A stretch of DNA of 64,000 nt from Rudaea sp. (GTDB lineage Bacteria > Pseudomonadota > Gammaproteobacteria > Xanthomonadales > Rhodanobacteraceae): the NCBI GenBank assembly GCA_036267795.1, contig DATAVJ010000172.1:14302-78301 (forward strand), read 5' to 3'. Of the stretch, positions 1-9,405 are shown one piece after another (position 1 is the stretch's first letter; each line of letters begins with the position of its first letter). Below the pieces are notes generated by a model, which saw nothing but the letters and a program-made list of their open reading frames with translations, had not been told where the DNA came from and did not search any database. The translations under genes and the position numbers were made by a program.

Positions 1-1680
1 CCGATGGAGCTGGAGGCGGGACAATCGCGCGACGTCATTTTCCGCGTCGGCGCCTGCGAGGGTTCGGACAACGCAAGCAAGCTGGTTACGCAATTTAGAA
101 AATCCGGTTCGGCGAGCGCCGCATTCGAGACGGTGCGCGATTACTGGAAACGCACGCTCGGCATCGTGCAGGTTCAAACGCCGAATGCGGCGCTCAACAC
201 GATGGCGAACGGTTGGCTCTTGTATCAGACGATCGGCTGCCGATTGTGGGGACGCAGCGGTTTTTACCAGTCCGGCGGCGCGTTCGGATTCCGCGATCAG
301 TTGCAGGACGCGATGGCATTGGTGCACGCACAGCCGCATTTGCTGCGCGAACAAATCCTGCGCGCCGCGTCGCGCCAGTTCAAGGAAGGCGACGTGCAGC
401 ATTGGTGGCATCCGCCGTCGGGCCGCGGCGTGCGCACGCATTGCTCCGACGATTATCTCTGGCTGCCGTTGGCCGTATGGCGCTACATCACGTGCACGGG
501 CGACGACGAAATCCTGAAAGAGCGCAGCGCGTTTCTCGAAGGACGTCCGGTTGCCGCCAGCGAGGAATCGTATTACGACTTGCCGGCGCAATCGCAAGAG
601 AATGCGGACGTTTACGAACACTGCGTCCTCGCCATAAAGCATGGTCTGAATTTCGGAACGCACGGTTTGCCGCTCATCGGCAGCTGCGACTGGAACGACG
701 GCATGAACGAAGTGGGCAGCAAGGGCAAGGGCGAAAGCGTGTGGCTCGGATTCTTCCTGTTCGACGTGCTGCGGCGTTTCGTCGACATCGCCACGCATCG
801 CGGCGACGCTGAGTTCGCCGCGCAGTGCAAATCGGAAAGCGAATCGTTGCGCGGCCGTCTGGAACAAAACGCGTGGGACGGCGCCTGGTATCGGCGCGCG
901 TACTTCGACGACGGATCGCCGCTGGGCACGTCGACGAATATGGAGTGCAAGATCGATTCGATCGCGCAGAGTTGGTCGGTGCTGTCGACGGCGGGCGATC
1001 CGGCGCGCGCGCGTATTGCCATGAATTCGCTGAGTGAACATCTGGTCGACCGCGAACACAAGATCATCAAGCTGCTCGAACCGCCGTTCGACACATCTGA
1101 TCCGAGCCCCGGCTACATCCAAGGCTACGTTCCGGGCGTGCGTGAAAACGGCGGACAGTACACACACGCCGCCGTGTGGGCGGCGATGGCCTTTGCGGAA
1201 TTGAACGACGCCGAGCGCGCCTACGAATTGCTGGACATGGTCCTTCCCATCGAACATTCGCGTTCGCGCGACGCGGCGCACGTCTACAAAGTGGAACCGT
1301 ACGTCGTCGCCGCGGATGTTTACGCGGTCGCGCCGCACACGGGCCGCGGAGGATGGACGTGGTACACAGGATCCGCCGGATGGCTTTACCGACTGATCGT
1401 CGAATCCGTGCTGGGCATCACGCGCACGGGCGACACGCTCGGCGTCGCGCCGTGCCTGCCCACGAACTGGAACGAATACACGGCGAAATACACTGTCGGT
1501 GAATCGGTTTACACGATATCGGTCTCACGCGACGAATCGGTCCGGACGGGCACGCGAGTGACGGTCGACGGTGCCGTGCGGCCGAATGGCGGCATCCCTC
1601 TGTCGAATGACGGAAAAGCACATTCGATCGACGTGCGAATTCCGACGACGGCGGCTACCTCGGTGACGGATACTGCTTGA
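1..1680 (+). CDS. C-terminal part of a GH94 glycoside phosphorylase domain protein (cyclic beta-1,2-glucan synthase/NdvB-like or cellobiose phosphorylase-like); 5' truncated by window edge
   Basis: GH94 motifs FYQSGGAFGFRDQLQD, DWND, ENGGQYTHAA, GRGGWTWYTGSAGW; frame is open to the window start. Confidence 0.85.
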   Translation, partial: PMELEAGQSRDVIFRVGACEGSDNASKLVTQFRKSGSASAAFETVRDYWKRTLGIVQVQTPNAALNTMANGWLLYQTIGCRLWGRSGFYQSGGAFGFRDQLQDAMALVHAQPHLLREQILRAASRQFKEGDVQHWWHPPSGRGVRTHCSDDYLWLPLAVWRYITCTGDDEILKERSAFLEGRPVAASEESYYDLPAQSQENADVYEHCVLAIKHGLNFGTHGLPLIGSCDWNDGMNEVGSKGKGESVWLGFFLFDVLRRFVDIATHRGDAEFAAQCKSESESLRGRLEQNAWDGAWYRRAYFDDGSPLGTSTNMECKIDSIAQSWSVLSTAGDPARARIAMNSLSEHLVDREHKIIKLLEPPFDTSDPSPGYIQGYVPGVRENGGQYTHAAVWAAMAFAELNDAERAYELLDMVLPIEHSRSRDAAHVYKVEPYVVAADVYAVAPHTGRGGWTWYTGSAGWLYRLIVESVLGITRTGDTLGVAPCLPTNWNEYTAKYTVGESVYTISVSRDESVRTGTRVTVDGAVRPNGGIPLSNDGKAHSIDVRIPTTAATSVTDTA

Positions 1681-1785
1681 TCCTGGCCGTGAAGCGACCC
1701 GGGATGAGGCCAGATGCGGGTCCGGCCGTTATTTCGAGGGTCTGCACGACGAATTCATTCTAAGAGTACACGTCGCACTGAATTC

Positions 1786-1933
1786 GTGGTAATCTGGAAG
1801 CACTGAACTGGGCTCGTGCAGTCTTTGATTCGATCATTCGCGATTCCTCGCGCTTAATCCCCTCCTTGGTTTGCACTTCCCATGATCAGTCGTGATCTCG
1901 TAGCTACACCAAATCTATATTTAGGAGTTTTGT
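1786..1933 (+). promoter_or_regulatory. Probable promoter and long 5' UTR of the cold-shock gene
   Basis: TG-g-TAATCT extended -10-like element near 1786-1795, about 135 nt before the ATG; long regulatory UTRs are typical of csp genes (inference). Confidence 0.35.
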
Positions 1934-2143
1934 ATGTCTGATCGTCAGATCGGCACCGTAAAGTGGTTCAATGATGCAAAGGGTTTCGGATTCATCGCGC
2001 GCGATAGCGGTCCGGATGTGTTCGTGCATTTCCGCGCGATCAGCGGATCGGGTTTTCGTACGCTTCAGGAAGGCCAGCGCGTCTCCTTCGAAGTGACGCA
2101 GGGCCAGAAAGGTCTGCAAGCCGAAAACGTCAACGCAGCGTAA
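1934..2143 (+). CDS. Cold-shock domain protein (CspA family)
   Basis: [15 protein letters not shown] and [12 protein letters not shown] motifs, 69 aa; strong SD (TAGGAG) upstream. Confidence 0.97.
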   Translation: MSDRQIGTVKWFNDAKGFGFIARDSGPDVFVHFRAISGSGFRTLQEGQRVSFEVTQGQKGLQAENVNAA

Positions 2144-2149
2144 TGCGTC

Positions 2150-2185
2150 ATCGCGGCGCGGGACATTGCGTCCCGCGCCCGCGAT
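2150..2185 (+). terminator. GC-rich hairpin after csp (terminator or 3' stabiliser)
   Basis: atcgcg-gcgcgggac/attgc/gtcccgcgc-ccgcgat inverted repeat directly after the stop, between convergent genes; no U-tract. Confidence 0.45.
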
Positions 2186-2274
2186 TCCCATCGTCTATCC
2201 AGAAATAAACGCCGCGAGTATTCCGGCGTCTCCAGAACGCGGCGTTCGTCGCAAGTTTTCCACGCCGGCTACGG

Positions 2275-2574
2275 CTAGTGTGTCTTCTGCTTCTCGCACT
2301 TCGTATATTCGTCCTGCGTCACCTTGCCGTCGCCGTTCTTGTCGCATGACTTGAAGTTCTGCGCGAGCCAGCTATTCGGCTGCGCATCCTGCATCGTCAG
2401 ATATCCTTTTTCGTTACCTTTCGCCTGCGTCCATTCTTCCGGCGCGGATCCCTGCATCGTCAGCGGATCTTGCCTGGCCGGATCGTTCGGATTGTTCTTA
2501 TCGGTTTGTGCATGGCCCGTCGTGGCGACGCCAAGGGCCGCGATAAGTGCTATCGCTATCGAGTTCGTCCGCAT
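2275..2574 (-). CDS. Small secreted EF-hand protein
   Basis: Start MRTNSIA at 2574 with GGAG SD; signal peptide; EF-hand loop DKNGDGKVTQDE flanked by two Cys. Confidence 0.75.
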   Translation of the reverse strand: MRTNSIAIALIAALGVATTGHAQTDKNNPNDPARQDPLTMQGSAPEEWTQAKGNEKGYLTMQDAQPNSWLAQNFKSCDKNGDGKVTQDEYTKCEKQKTH

Positions 2575-2839
2575 AGTTGACTCTCCTGTTGTTTCCATCG
2601 AACGGACGTAGTGCAGCATTAAATATGCCGCTTCACGCATCCGGTTTTAAACCCTGCAAGTACGCCCTGCAATTTGAAACCTATGTATTCGAGCAGCGCG
2701 CCCGGTTGCATAATGCATGTACCAAAACGGCACAACGGCGTTTTCGGAACGAACGGATTTTATGGGATCGCAGCGAAGTCAGGCGCGGTAAAGTGATGTT
2801 GAGTTAAACGCTGTGCGGAACGCAAAGGAGAGCGTCGCC

Positions 2840-4024
2840 GTGTCCGAACAAAATCGAGCGATTTTGCCCACTGTCGTAAAGCCGGTGCGGCCGCTGGCGG
2901 TGCGCATGGCGACGATCTCGCGATGCCTGGTTTTGTTGTCCGTTCTCGCCGTCGTCGCGGCGTGCTATATGGCGCAGGAAGTCATCGGCACGATCATGCT
3001 GGCGCTGCTGTTCTCATTGCTGTTTTCGCCGTTGGTCAGCGCGATGCAACGGTTGCGGCTGCCACGCGCATTGGCGAGCGGTCTCGTCGTGTTGGCGATC
3101 ATCGCGATTTTCGTCGGCGCGTTGTACGCTCTCGCACAACCGGCCAAAGACTGGATGGCCAACGCGCCCGCGGCGATCCACTCGGTGTCGCAGCGCTTCA
3201 AGGATTTCCGGGCGCCCATGCAGGAAGCCCAAAAGGCCACGCAAAGCCTTACCGATCTCGCGGCATCCTCCAACGGCAACCAGCAACAAGTCGTCGTCAA
3301 GGACGGATCGAACCCGCTCAATACGCTCGCAGCGGGAACGCCGCGCGTACTCGAGCAGATAGCAGCGACGATCCTGCTGCTGTATTTCTTTTTGTCGTCC
3401 GGCGACAACTTTCTGCGGCGGCTCGTCGAGATCGCGCCCGGCATGACGGAAAAGAAAATCGTCGTGAACATCGCGCGCGACATCCAGCGCGAGATATCGC
3501 GTTATCTGCAGACGATCACAATGATCAACTTCGGACTCGGTTGCGCCACAGCCATCGCGATGGCGTTTCTGCAGGTGCCCAACGCGGTTTTGTGGGGCGC
3601 CATGGTGTTTCTCTTCAACTTCGCGCCGTACGTCGGCGCGAGCATCAGCGCCATCGTGCTGGCGACGGTGGGATTCTCCACGTTCAACAATCTCGGACAT
3701 GCCATCGCGGTTCCCGCCGCGTTTCTCGCGCTGGCATTCATCGAAGGCCAGCTCGTCACGCCGACGATCATCGGCCGCCGCCTTGCCGTGAATCCGGTCG
3801 TCGTATTCGTGTGGCTGCTGATCTGGGGAACGCTGTGGGGAATCATCGGCATTCTGCTGGCCGGCCCGCTGCTCGCCTGCTTCCGCATCATTTGCCAGCA
3901 CACCGCTGCGCTCCGGCCGATCTACATGCTGATCGGCGAAGCGAAATTCGACGAAAACGAGGAACGCACCGTGCACGTGACGGGGCGCGTGGTCGATGAC
4001 ATTCCGGCAGCTGCGTCGAAATAG
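2840..4024 (+). CDS. AI-2E/PerM family inner-membrane transporter
   Basis: Multiple TM segments; FNFAPYVGA and EGQLVTPTIIGRRLAVNPVVV family motifs; GTG start after GGAG (ORF track starts at 2813). Confidence 0.9.
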   Translation: MSEQNRAILPTVVKPVRPLAVRMATISRCLVLLSVLAVVAACYMAQEVIGTIMLALLFSLLFSPLVSAMQRLRLPRALASGLVVLAIIAIFVGALYALAQPAKDWMANAPAAIHSVSQRFKDFRAPMQEAQKATQSLTDLAASSNGNQQQVVVKDGSNPLNTLAAGTPRVLEQIAATILLLYFFLSSGDNFLRRLVEIAPGMTEKKIVVNIARDIQREISRYLQTITMINFGLGCATAIAMAFLQVPNAVLWGAMVFLFNFAPYVGASISAIVLATVGFSTFNNLGHAIAVPAAFLALAFIEGQLVTPTIIGRRLAVNPVVVFVWLLIWGTLWGIIGILLAGPLLACFRIICQHTAALRPIYMLIGEAKFDENEERTVHVTGRVVDDIPAAASK

Positions 4025-4154
4025 AACAAACGACGATGACGTTTATGGGACGCTTGTCAGCGAGCGTCGGCAAGGACGCCGCGCCGGATCACGACGGATC
4101 TGGCGCGCGATGAGATCCGCGCGCGACGCGTCTGGAACGCGCGCGAAAAGACGA

Positions 4155-4343
4155 TTATTGAGCGGAACCCTGCAGCGCGGCCGCGATGCCGGCGTCGCCG
4201 CTCACGATATCCGTCCACTTCAATTCGATACCCTTGCGGCGGCCCTTCTCGGTGAGCTTGAGTCCGGTCGGATCGATCACTACCGTGTAGGTAATATCCT
4301 TGATGACCAGCTCGCGTCGAATCGCCTTCTCCAATTTCGTCAT
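4155..4343 (-). CDS. Small hypothetical protein (62 aa)
   Basis: MTKLEKAIRRELVIKDITYTVVIDPTGLKLTEKGRRKG; GGAG SD before ATG 4343; protein-like composition. Confidence 0.7.
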   Translation of the reverse strand: MTKLEKAIRRELVIKDITYTVVIDPTGLKLTEKGRRKGIELKWTDIVSGDAGIAAALQGSAQ

Positions 4344-4378
4344 AACATGCTCCTGGTTGAATGACATAAGCCACGGAC

Positions 4379-5227
4379 ATGACGACAGTAAAGGTTGCCA
4401 CGTATAACATCAATGGCATTCGCGCACGTCTGCCGCGTTTGCTCGAATGGCTCCAACGCGAAACGCCGGATATCGTTTGTCTTCAAGAACTTAAAGCGAT
4501 CGATTCGGCGTTCCCCGCCGCGGAGATTCGCGCGTTGGGCTACGGTGTGAAATGGGCCGGCCAGCTTTCCTGGAACGGCGTTGCGATTCTCGCGCGGGGA
4601 AGCGAACCCATCGAACGAACGCGCAAATTGCCCGGCGCGGACGACGACGCGCAAAGCCGCTACCTTGAAGCGGAGATCGGCGGAATCGTCGTCGCATGTT
4701 TGTACCTGCCCAATGGCAATCCGCAGCCCGGCCCGAAATTCGACTACAAACTCGCGTGGTTCGAGCGATTGATCGCGCACGCGAAGAGACTGTATTCAAG
4801 CGCGCAGCCGGTCATTCTCGCCGGCGATTTCAATGTCGTGCCCACCGATTTCGACATCTATGATCCGACGCACTGGCGCAAGGATGCCTTGCTGCAACCC
4901 GAAACCCGCGCGTGCTACGAACGCCTGTTGAAACAGGGATGGATCGATTCGATCCGTCATCTTCATCCGGACGAGAAAATCTTTACGTTCTGGGATTATT
5001 TCCGCAATCACTGGAAACGCAACGCGGGTTTGCGCATCGATCATCTGCTGCTCAACAAAGTGCTCGCGCCGCATCTGCGCGACGCGAACGTCGACCGATG
5101 GGTGCGCGATCAGCAAAGCGCGAGCGATCACGCGCCCACGTGGGTGACGCTGTCGGTCGGCGCGAAAGCAAAACGCCCGGCCGCAAAAAAAGCTGCGGCG
5201 AAGAAAGCGGCGCGCGTGAAGCGCTGA
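4379..5227 (+). CDS. xth: Exodeoxyribonuclease III / AP endonuclease with a Lys/Ala-rich C-terminal tail
   Basis: TYNINGIRAR, CLQELK, GDFNV, GLRIDHLL, SDHAP motifs. Confidence 0.95.
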   Translation: MTTVKVATYNINGIRARLPRLLEWLQRETPDIVCLQELKAIDSAFPAAEIRALGYGVKWAGQLSWNGVAILARGSEPIERTRKLPGADDDAQSRYLEAEIGGIVVACLYLPNGNPQPGPKFDYKLAWFERLIAHAKRLYSSAQPVILAGDFNVVPTDFDIYDPTHWRKDALLQPETRACYERLLKQGWIDSIRHLHPDEKIFTFWDYFRNHWKRNAGLRIDHLLLNKVLAPHLRDANVDRWVRDQQSASDHAPTWVTLSVGAKAKRPAAKKAAAKKAARVKR

Positions 5228-7558
5228 TCACTTGGAGGCTGTGGGCGGCGACAACTCGCCCAGCACGCGCGCGGTCTCGCGCGCCTCCGCGCTGTCGAGC
5301 TGATCCTTGTCGCGATAGCTTTGCATCGCCTGTTCGAGCAGCGGGCGCGCCTGGTCGATCTTGCCGTCGCTCGCGAGAATCTGTCCCAGCGTCGCTTTCG
5401 CATCGACGACGTAAGCGTGCGTCTCCGCCAGATCGCCGCGCAGTTTCGTCAACGCGCGCGCCGCAAGCGTTTCCGCATTGGCCGCATCGCCGAGCCTGAA
5501 TTCGACGAATGCCAACTGCGCTTCCTCGTTCGCGATCTCGAAATTCTCCTGCGACTCGAACTCGCGCCGCATCGCAATCGAATCGGCAAGCGCGGACCTG
5601 GCCTTGTCGTATTGTCGAAGCTGTGCGCAGGCGGCGCCGATGTCGCCCAGCACGTTCGCCACCTGCTCGTTGCGCGCACCGAGCGCTTTTACCTGCAGGT
5701 CCTTTGCACGTTCGTACAGCGGCAGCGCATCGATAGGACGACCGGCATCCATGTAGATATTGCCGAGCATCTGCAGGCCGTCGGCGGTTTCGGAACTGTC
5801 GGCGCCGACCAGTTTGGTTTCGTTCGCCAGCGCCCGCTGCATGAGATCGAGCGCCGCGTCGAACTTGCGCTGCGCCGACAGCGTGAGCGCGAGATTCTCT
5901 TCGGCGTCGACCGTCATCTCGTGCGATTCGCCGAAGGATTCGCGGTCGATGTCGAGCGCGTCTTCGTACGCCGCCCGCGCGTCCGCGAAACGATCCATCG
6001 TATACAACAGAAGGCCCAGATGATTCTCGACCACGGCGATGCGCTTGGCCTCGCCCACCTGCCTGGCCAATCGCAGCGCTTCCTGACTGCTCGCAAGCGA
6101 CGCTGCCAGATCGCCTTTATGCTTGAGCACGAGTCCACGCTGATCGAGCAATGTCGCGCGCTGCAATTTCGAGTCGCGATCTTCCTGACCTTGCAGCAAG
6201 ACATCGGCTTCGCCGATGAGACGCGCGGCTTCGCCGAGCTTGCTCAGCTTCTGCTCGACGAACGCGTACATGCCGATCGTCTTCGCGCGTTCCGCGATCG
6301 GGATGGATGCGTCGTTCTTCGTTAATTCCACGGCTTGCCGCAACAGAGGTTCGGCACGCGGGTAATCGCCGAGATTCATGTATACCCGACCGATCACTTC
6401 GGCGAGATTGCCTCGCAGCAGCGGCTGCGCAGCCAGCGAGCGGTCGAGTTTTTTCGCGCCCCTGTCGAGGATTTCAGTTGCGGTGAGCTTGTCGCCGCGA
6501 TTCACGTCTGGATCGGCGACTGAGAACATGTCAACGAGGAATTGCGAAACCTGCGTCGCGCGTTCGGCTTGCGCGCGCGCGGCATCGCGTTCGGCGCGCA
6601 CGCGCAACGTGAAGTGCAGCACCATCGCAAAAAATGCGATCGCAATTACTGCAGCGGCTGCAAGCGCCCAGCGATGCCGCCGCGCATACAGGTTCGCGCG
6701 ATACGACGTGCCGCCCGCATACGCATGCACGGGGCGTAGATCGACGAAGCGCGTTACGTCGGACGAAAGTTCTTCGGCCGTCGAATAACGATCCGCCGGC
6801 AATTGCGACGTTGCCCTGCAGATGACAGCCTCGAGCGGCGCCGGCGGCGCGGCGCCGGTCAGCCGCCGCAGCAATACGCCGAGTTGATAAATGTCCGACG
6901 ACGTCGTGATCGTCTCGCCGCGTTGCTGCTCGGGACTGGCGTAACCGGGCGTCGATGCCTGCATCACGGCAGCGGCACTGACGTCCTGAGTCAGCAGCGC
7001 CGCAATGCCGAAATCCAGCAGACGAATCGCGCCGTCGCCGCTGACGAGAATGTTCGCCGGCTTGATATCGCGATGCACGAGCAGCCGGCCGTGCGCGAAC
7101 TGCACGATGCCGCACACCCGCGCGAACAGTTGCAGTCGATCGATCAGCGGCAGCGCGTGCGCTTCGCAGAATTCGTCGATGCGCGTTCCGTCGACGAATT
7201 CGAGCGCGAACCAGAACGCGCCATCGGCAGTGCGGCCGCCATCGATCAATCGCGCGATGCCGGGATGTTCAAGGTTGGCGAGAATCTGCCGCTCGCGGCG
7301 AAGCAAATCCTGCGCGAGCGGCGAATCCGCGTCGGGCCGGACGAGTTTCAGCGCGACAGTTTGCTCGAACTCGCCGTCGGCGCGTTCGGCCACGTACACC
7401 ACGCCCATGCCGCCGCTGCCCAGCGTTCGCACAACGCGATACGGACCGATGCGCGTACCTGGCTCGCACTCCTTCATCTCGAAACGTTGCATCGCGCGCT
7501 GAAATACGGGCGACGCGAACGCACCGCCGGGTTGCAGGAAATTAGGATCGATCGGCAT
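5228..7558 (-). CDS. Hanks-type Ser/Thr kinase with one TM helix and extracytoplasmic TPR repeats
   Basis: LGSGGMGVVY, VALK, HRDIKPAN, DFG, TPGYASPEQ; TM ALAAAAVIAIAFFAMVLHF; helical repeats; start MPIDP 3 nt after the sigma stop. Confidence 0.93.
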   Translation of the reverse strand: MPIDPNFLQPGGAFASPVFQRAMQRFEMKECEPGTRIGPYRVVRTLGSGGMGVVYVAERADGEFEQTVALKLVRPDADSPLAQDLLRRERQILANLEHPGIARLIDGGRTADGAFWFALEFVDGTRIDEFCEAHALPLIDRLQLFARVCGIVQFAHGRLLVHRDIKPANILVSGDGAIRLLDFGIAALLTQDVSAAAVMQASTPGYASPEQQRGETITTSSDIYQLGVLLRRLTGAAPPAPLEAVICRATSQLPADRYSTAEELSSDVTRFVDLRPVHAYAGGTSYRANLYARRHRWALAAAAVIAIAFFAMVLHFTLRVRAERDAARAQAERATQVSQFLVDMFSVADPDVNRGDKLTATEILDRGAKKLDRSLAAQPLLRGNLAEVIGRVYMNLGDYPRAEPLLRQAVELTKNDASIPIAERAKTIGMYAFVEQKLSKLGEAARLIGEADVLLQGQEDRDSKLQRATLLDQRGLVLKHKGDLAASLASSQEALRLARQVGEAKRIAVVENHLGLLLYTMDRFADARAAYEDALDIDRESFGESHEMTVDAEENLALTLSAQRKFDAALDLMQRALANETKLVGADSSETADGLQMLGNIYMDAGRPIDALPLYERAKDLQVKALGARNEQVANVLGDIGAACAQLRQYDKARSALADSIAMRREFESQENFEIANEEAQLAFVEFRLGDAANAETLAARALTKLRGDLAETHAYVVDAKATLGQILASDGKIDQARPLLEQAMQSYRDKDQLDSAEARETARVLGELSPPTASK

Positions 7559-7560
7559 CG

Positions 7561-8175
7561 TCAGCCGGCGAGATCGCGCGACAGCCACGCGCGCGCCGCA
7601 TCCCAGTCGCGTGCCACGCTGCGCACGGATATGCCGAGTGCATCGGCGGTTTCCGCATCGGTGAGTCCGCCGAAAAAGCGGCATTCGACCACGCGTGCCT
7701 GACGCTCGTTGTGTTGCGCCAGTTCGCTGAGCGCCGCGTCGAGTTCGACGAACTGTTCGATGTGGTGATTTTCCTGTGCGTGCGCTTCGTCCAGTTCAAC
7801 GGCCACCGCGCCGCCGCCGCGCTTCTGCGCGAGACGTTCGCGCGCGTAGTCGCAGATCACCTGCCGCATCACGCGCGCCGCGAGTGAGAGAAAATGATTC
7901 TTGTCCTGCGGCGCGGCGGCTTCGCGCTCTTGCAGACGCAAATAGTACTCGTGGATCAACGCACCGGTGTTGAGCGTGCGGTCTCGTCCGGCGCCGCGCA
8001 GTAGCTTGCGCGCGATCTGCTGCAAGTCGCCGTAAACGAGTTTGACGAGTTCGTCCCACGCGGCGGGATCGCCGGCGCGCGTCGCCGCCAGCAATTGCGT
8101 GATTTCACCCGGTTCCGCCACCGATTTCACCGCCTCACGAGCCTGGCGCAAAGTGTCTGCGCTGCCGCCCGACAA
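7561..8175 (-). CDS. ECF sigma factor, ECF43-type (kinase-associated)
   Basis: EITQLL..GD.AA.DELV.LVY.DL..IAR, TLNTGALIHEYYLRL, HFLSLAARVMRQVICDYAR, VVECRFFGGLT..ETA..LGIS..V.RDW; true start may be GTG 8121. Confidence 0.92.
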   Translation of the reverse strand: MSGGSADTLRQAREAVKSVAEPGEITQLLAATRAGDPAAWDELVKLVYGDLQQIARKLLRGAGRDRTLNTGALIHEYYLRLQEREAAAPQDKNHFLSLAARVMRQVICDYARERLAQKRGGGAVAVELDEAHAQENHHIEQFVELDAALSELAQHNERQARVVECRFFGGLTDAETADALGISVRSVARDWDAARAWLSRDLAG

Positions 8176-8242
8176 GTCAAAAGCGGCTTCGAGCGATAGT
8201 CGTTGGCATCACCTGCTTGCCATGATGGCTATGAGCGACGAA

Positions 8243-8551
8243 TCAGGCTTTCTTCGCGTATCCCTGACACCATCCTTTCGCGTTCACGGCTTTGCCGGGG
8301 AAAAGCTGGCACGCGGCGTAGCCCGTTCCGCCGCCGAAGAAGGTGCAGTTTGCGCAGGCCTGTCCTGCCTGATGCGGCGGACCGGCGGTCGATGCGTCTT
8401 CGGTGTATTTCAGCGCCTGCGCGGTCGGGTCGGTCGTCGGCAGGTGCGGCAGATCGTCCGCGCGCGCGAAGCGCGCGAACGGTGCGGCCAAAACGACGGC
8501 ACCGAGCGCACCGCCTGCCGTGCCGAAAAAACGGCGCCGGCTGTTGTCCAT
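8243..8551 (-). CDS. High-potential iron-sulfur protein (HiPIP) with Tat signal
   Basis: Tat motif SRRRFF; CANCTFF...CQLFPGKAVNAKGWC four-Cys HiPIP signature; ALKY motif. Confidence 0.93.
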   Translation of the reverse strand: MDNSRRRFFGTAGGALGAVVLAAPFARFARADDLPHLPTTDPTAQALKYTEDASTAGPPHQAGQACANCTFFGGGTGYAACQLFPGKAVNAKGWCQGYAKKA

Positions 8552-8632
8552 ATCCTTGCCTTCGGAATCATTCCTGTTTTTCATACGTGCACCTTTGCTG
8601 GCTGGGTGAAGTGACTGGCATGCGATAGACGT

Positions 8633-9292
8633 CTAATCGTGCTTCGCGTTGCGCGTCCGCACCGCGTGGATGGCGCGCGAGCGATTGCGTGTATACACGT
8701 ATACCGTGGCGGGCGGAACGTTCCACCATGCGAATCCGCCGCGCCGCACGGACAGACCGAGCTCGCCGAGCAATTCGCGCGCGATAGGCGATTTCGGACC
8801 GTACGTGAACTGCACGACACGGCCATCCGGCGTCAGCACGTCGAATGCCGCGCGGAGAATGTCGATCTGCGTTTGGCGATTCATCGACAGCAACCCGAGC
8901 CCGCTGACCACGACATCCGCCGGACCGTGCTGGAGAAATCCGTCGCCGGAAGCGATCGTCTTCAATTCGCGCGCATCGCCGCAAACCACATGCGCTTTCG
9001 GAAAGCGCGACCGCAAATGCTGATACAACGCTTCGTTCAATTCGAGAACGAGCAGATCGTCCGGAACGATGCCGTGCGCGATCAGCGCGCGCGTAAACAC
9101 GCCGGTTCCGCCGCCGAGTTCCACGACCCGGCGCGTGCCATGCGGCAACTCCGCGATCATCTGCCGCGTGAGCTGCTGGCCGGATGGCGATAGCGCCGCG
9201 ATCCCAAGCGGATTCTTCAGCCACTGCCGGAAAAACGTCCACGAATCCGACTCGGCGAATTTGTCGTCGTCAGATCGGTTCCGCGAAGTCAT
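8633..9292 (-). CDS. Class I SAM-dependent methyltransferase, phospholipid N-methyltransferase (PmtA-like)
   Basis: FFRQWLKNPLGIAALSPS, VELGGGTG, VVSGLGLL, QFTY motifs. Confidence 0.85.
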   Translation of the reverse strand: MTSRNRSDDDKFAESDSWTFFRQWLKNPLGIAALSPSGQQLTRQMIAELPHGTRRVVELGGGTGVFTRALIAHGIVPDDLLVLELNEALYQHLRSRFPKAHVVCGDARELKTIASGDGFLQHGPADVVVSGLGLLSMNRQTQIDILRAAFDVLTPDGRVVQFTYGPKSPIARELLGELGLSVRRGGFAWWNVPPATVYVYTRNRSRAIHAVRTRNAKHD

Positions 9293-9346
9293 GCGCAAAT
9301 CCGGAAGAACATCGCGCCATCATAGTGCCGCGGCCGAGCGCAGACA

Positions 9347-9382
9347 ATAAAAAGCCCCGCCGGCATAAAGCGCGGCGGGGCT
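9347..9382 (-). terminator. Intrinsic terminator after the Gly/Tyr-rich gene
   Basis: gccccgccg/cggcggggc 9-bp stem followed by TTTTATT on the minus strand. Confidence 0.8.
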
Positions 9383-9405
9383 GTGTTCGTCCGTGAATGC
9401 TGCGG

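Noticed and set aside
2652-2672. CCCTGCAA direct repeat or possible sigma54 promoter between the EF-hand and AI-2E genes
   Set aside because: GG-N10-GC spacing is not met, and two 8-mers are not significant on their own.
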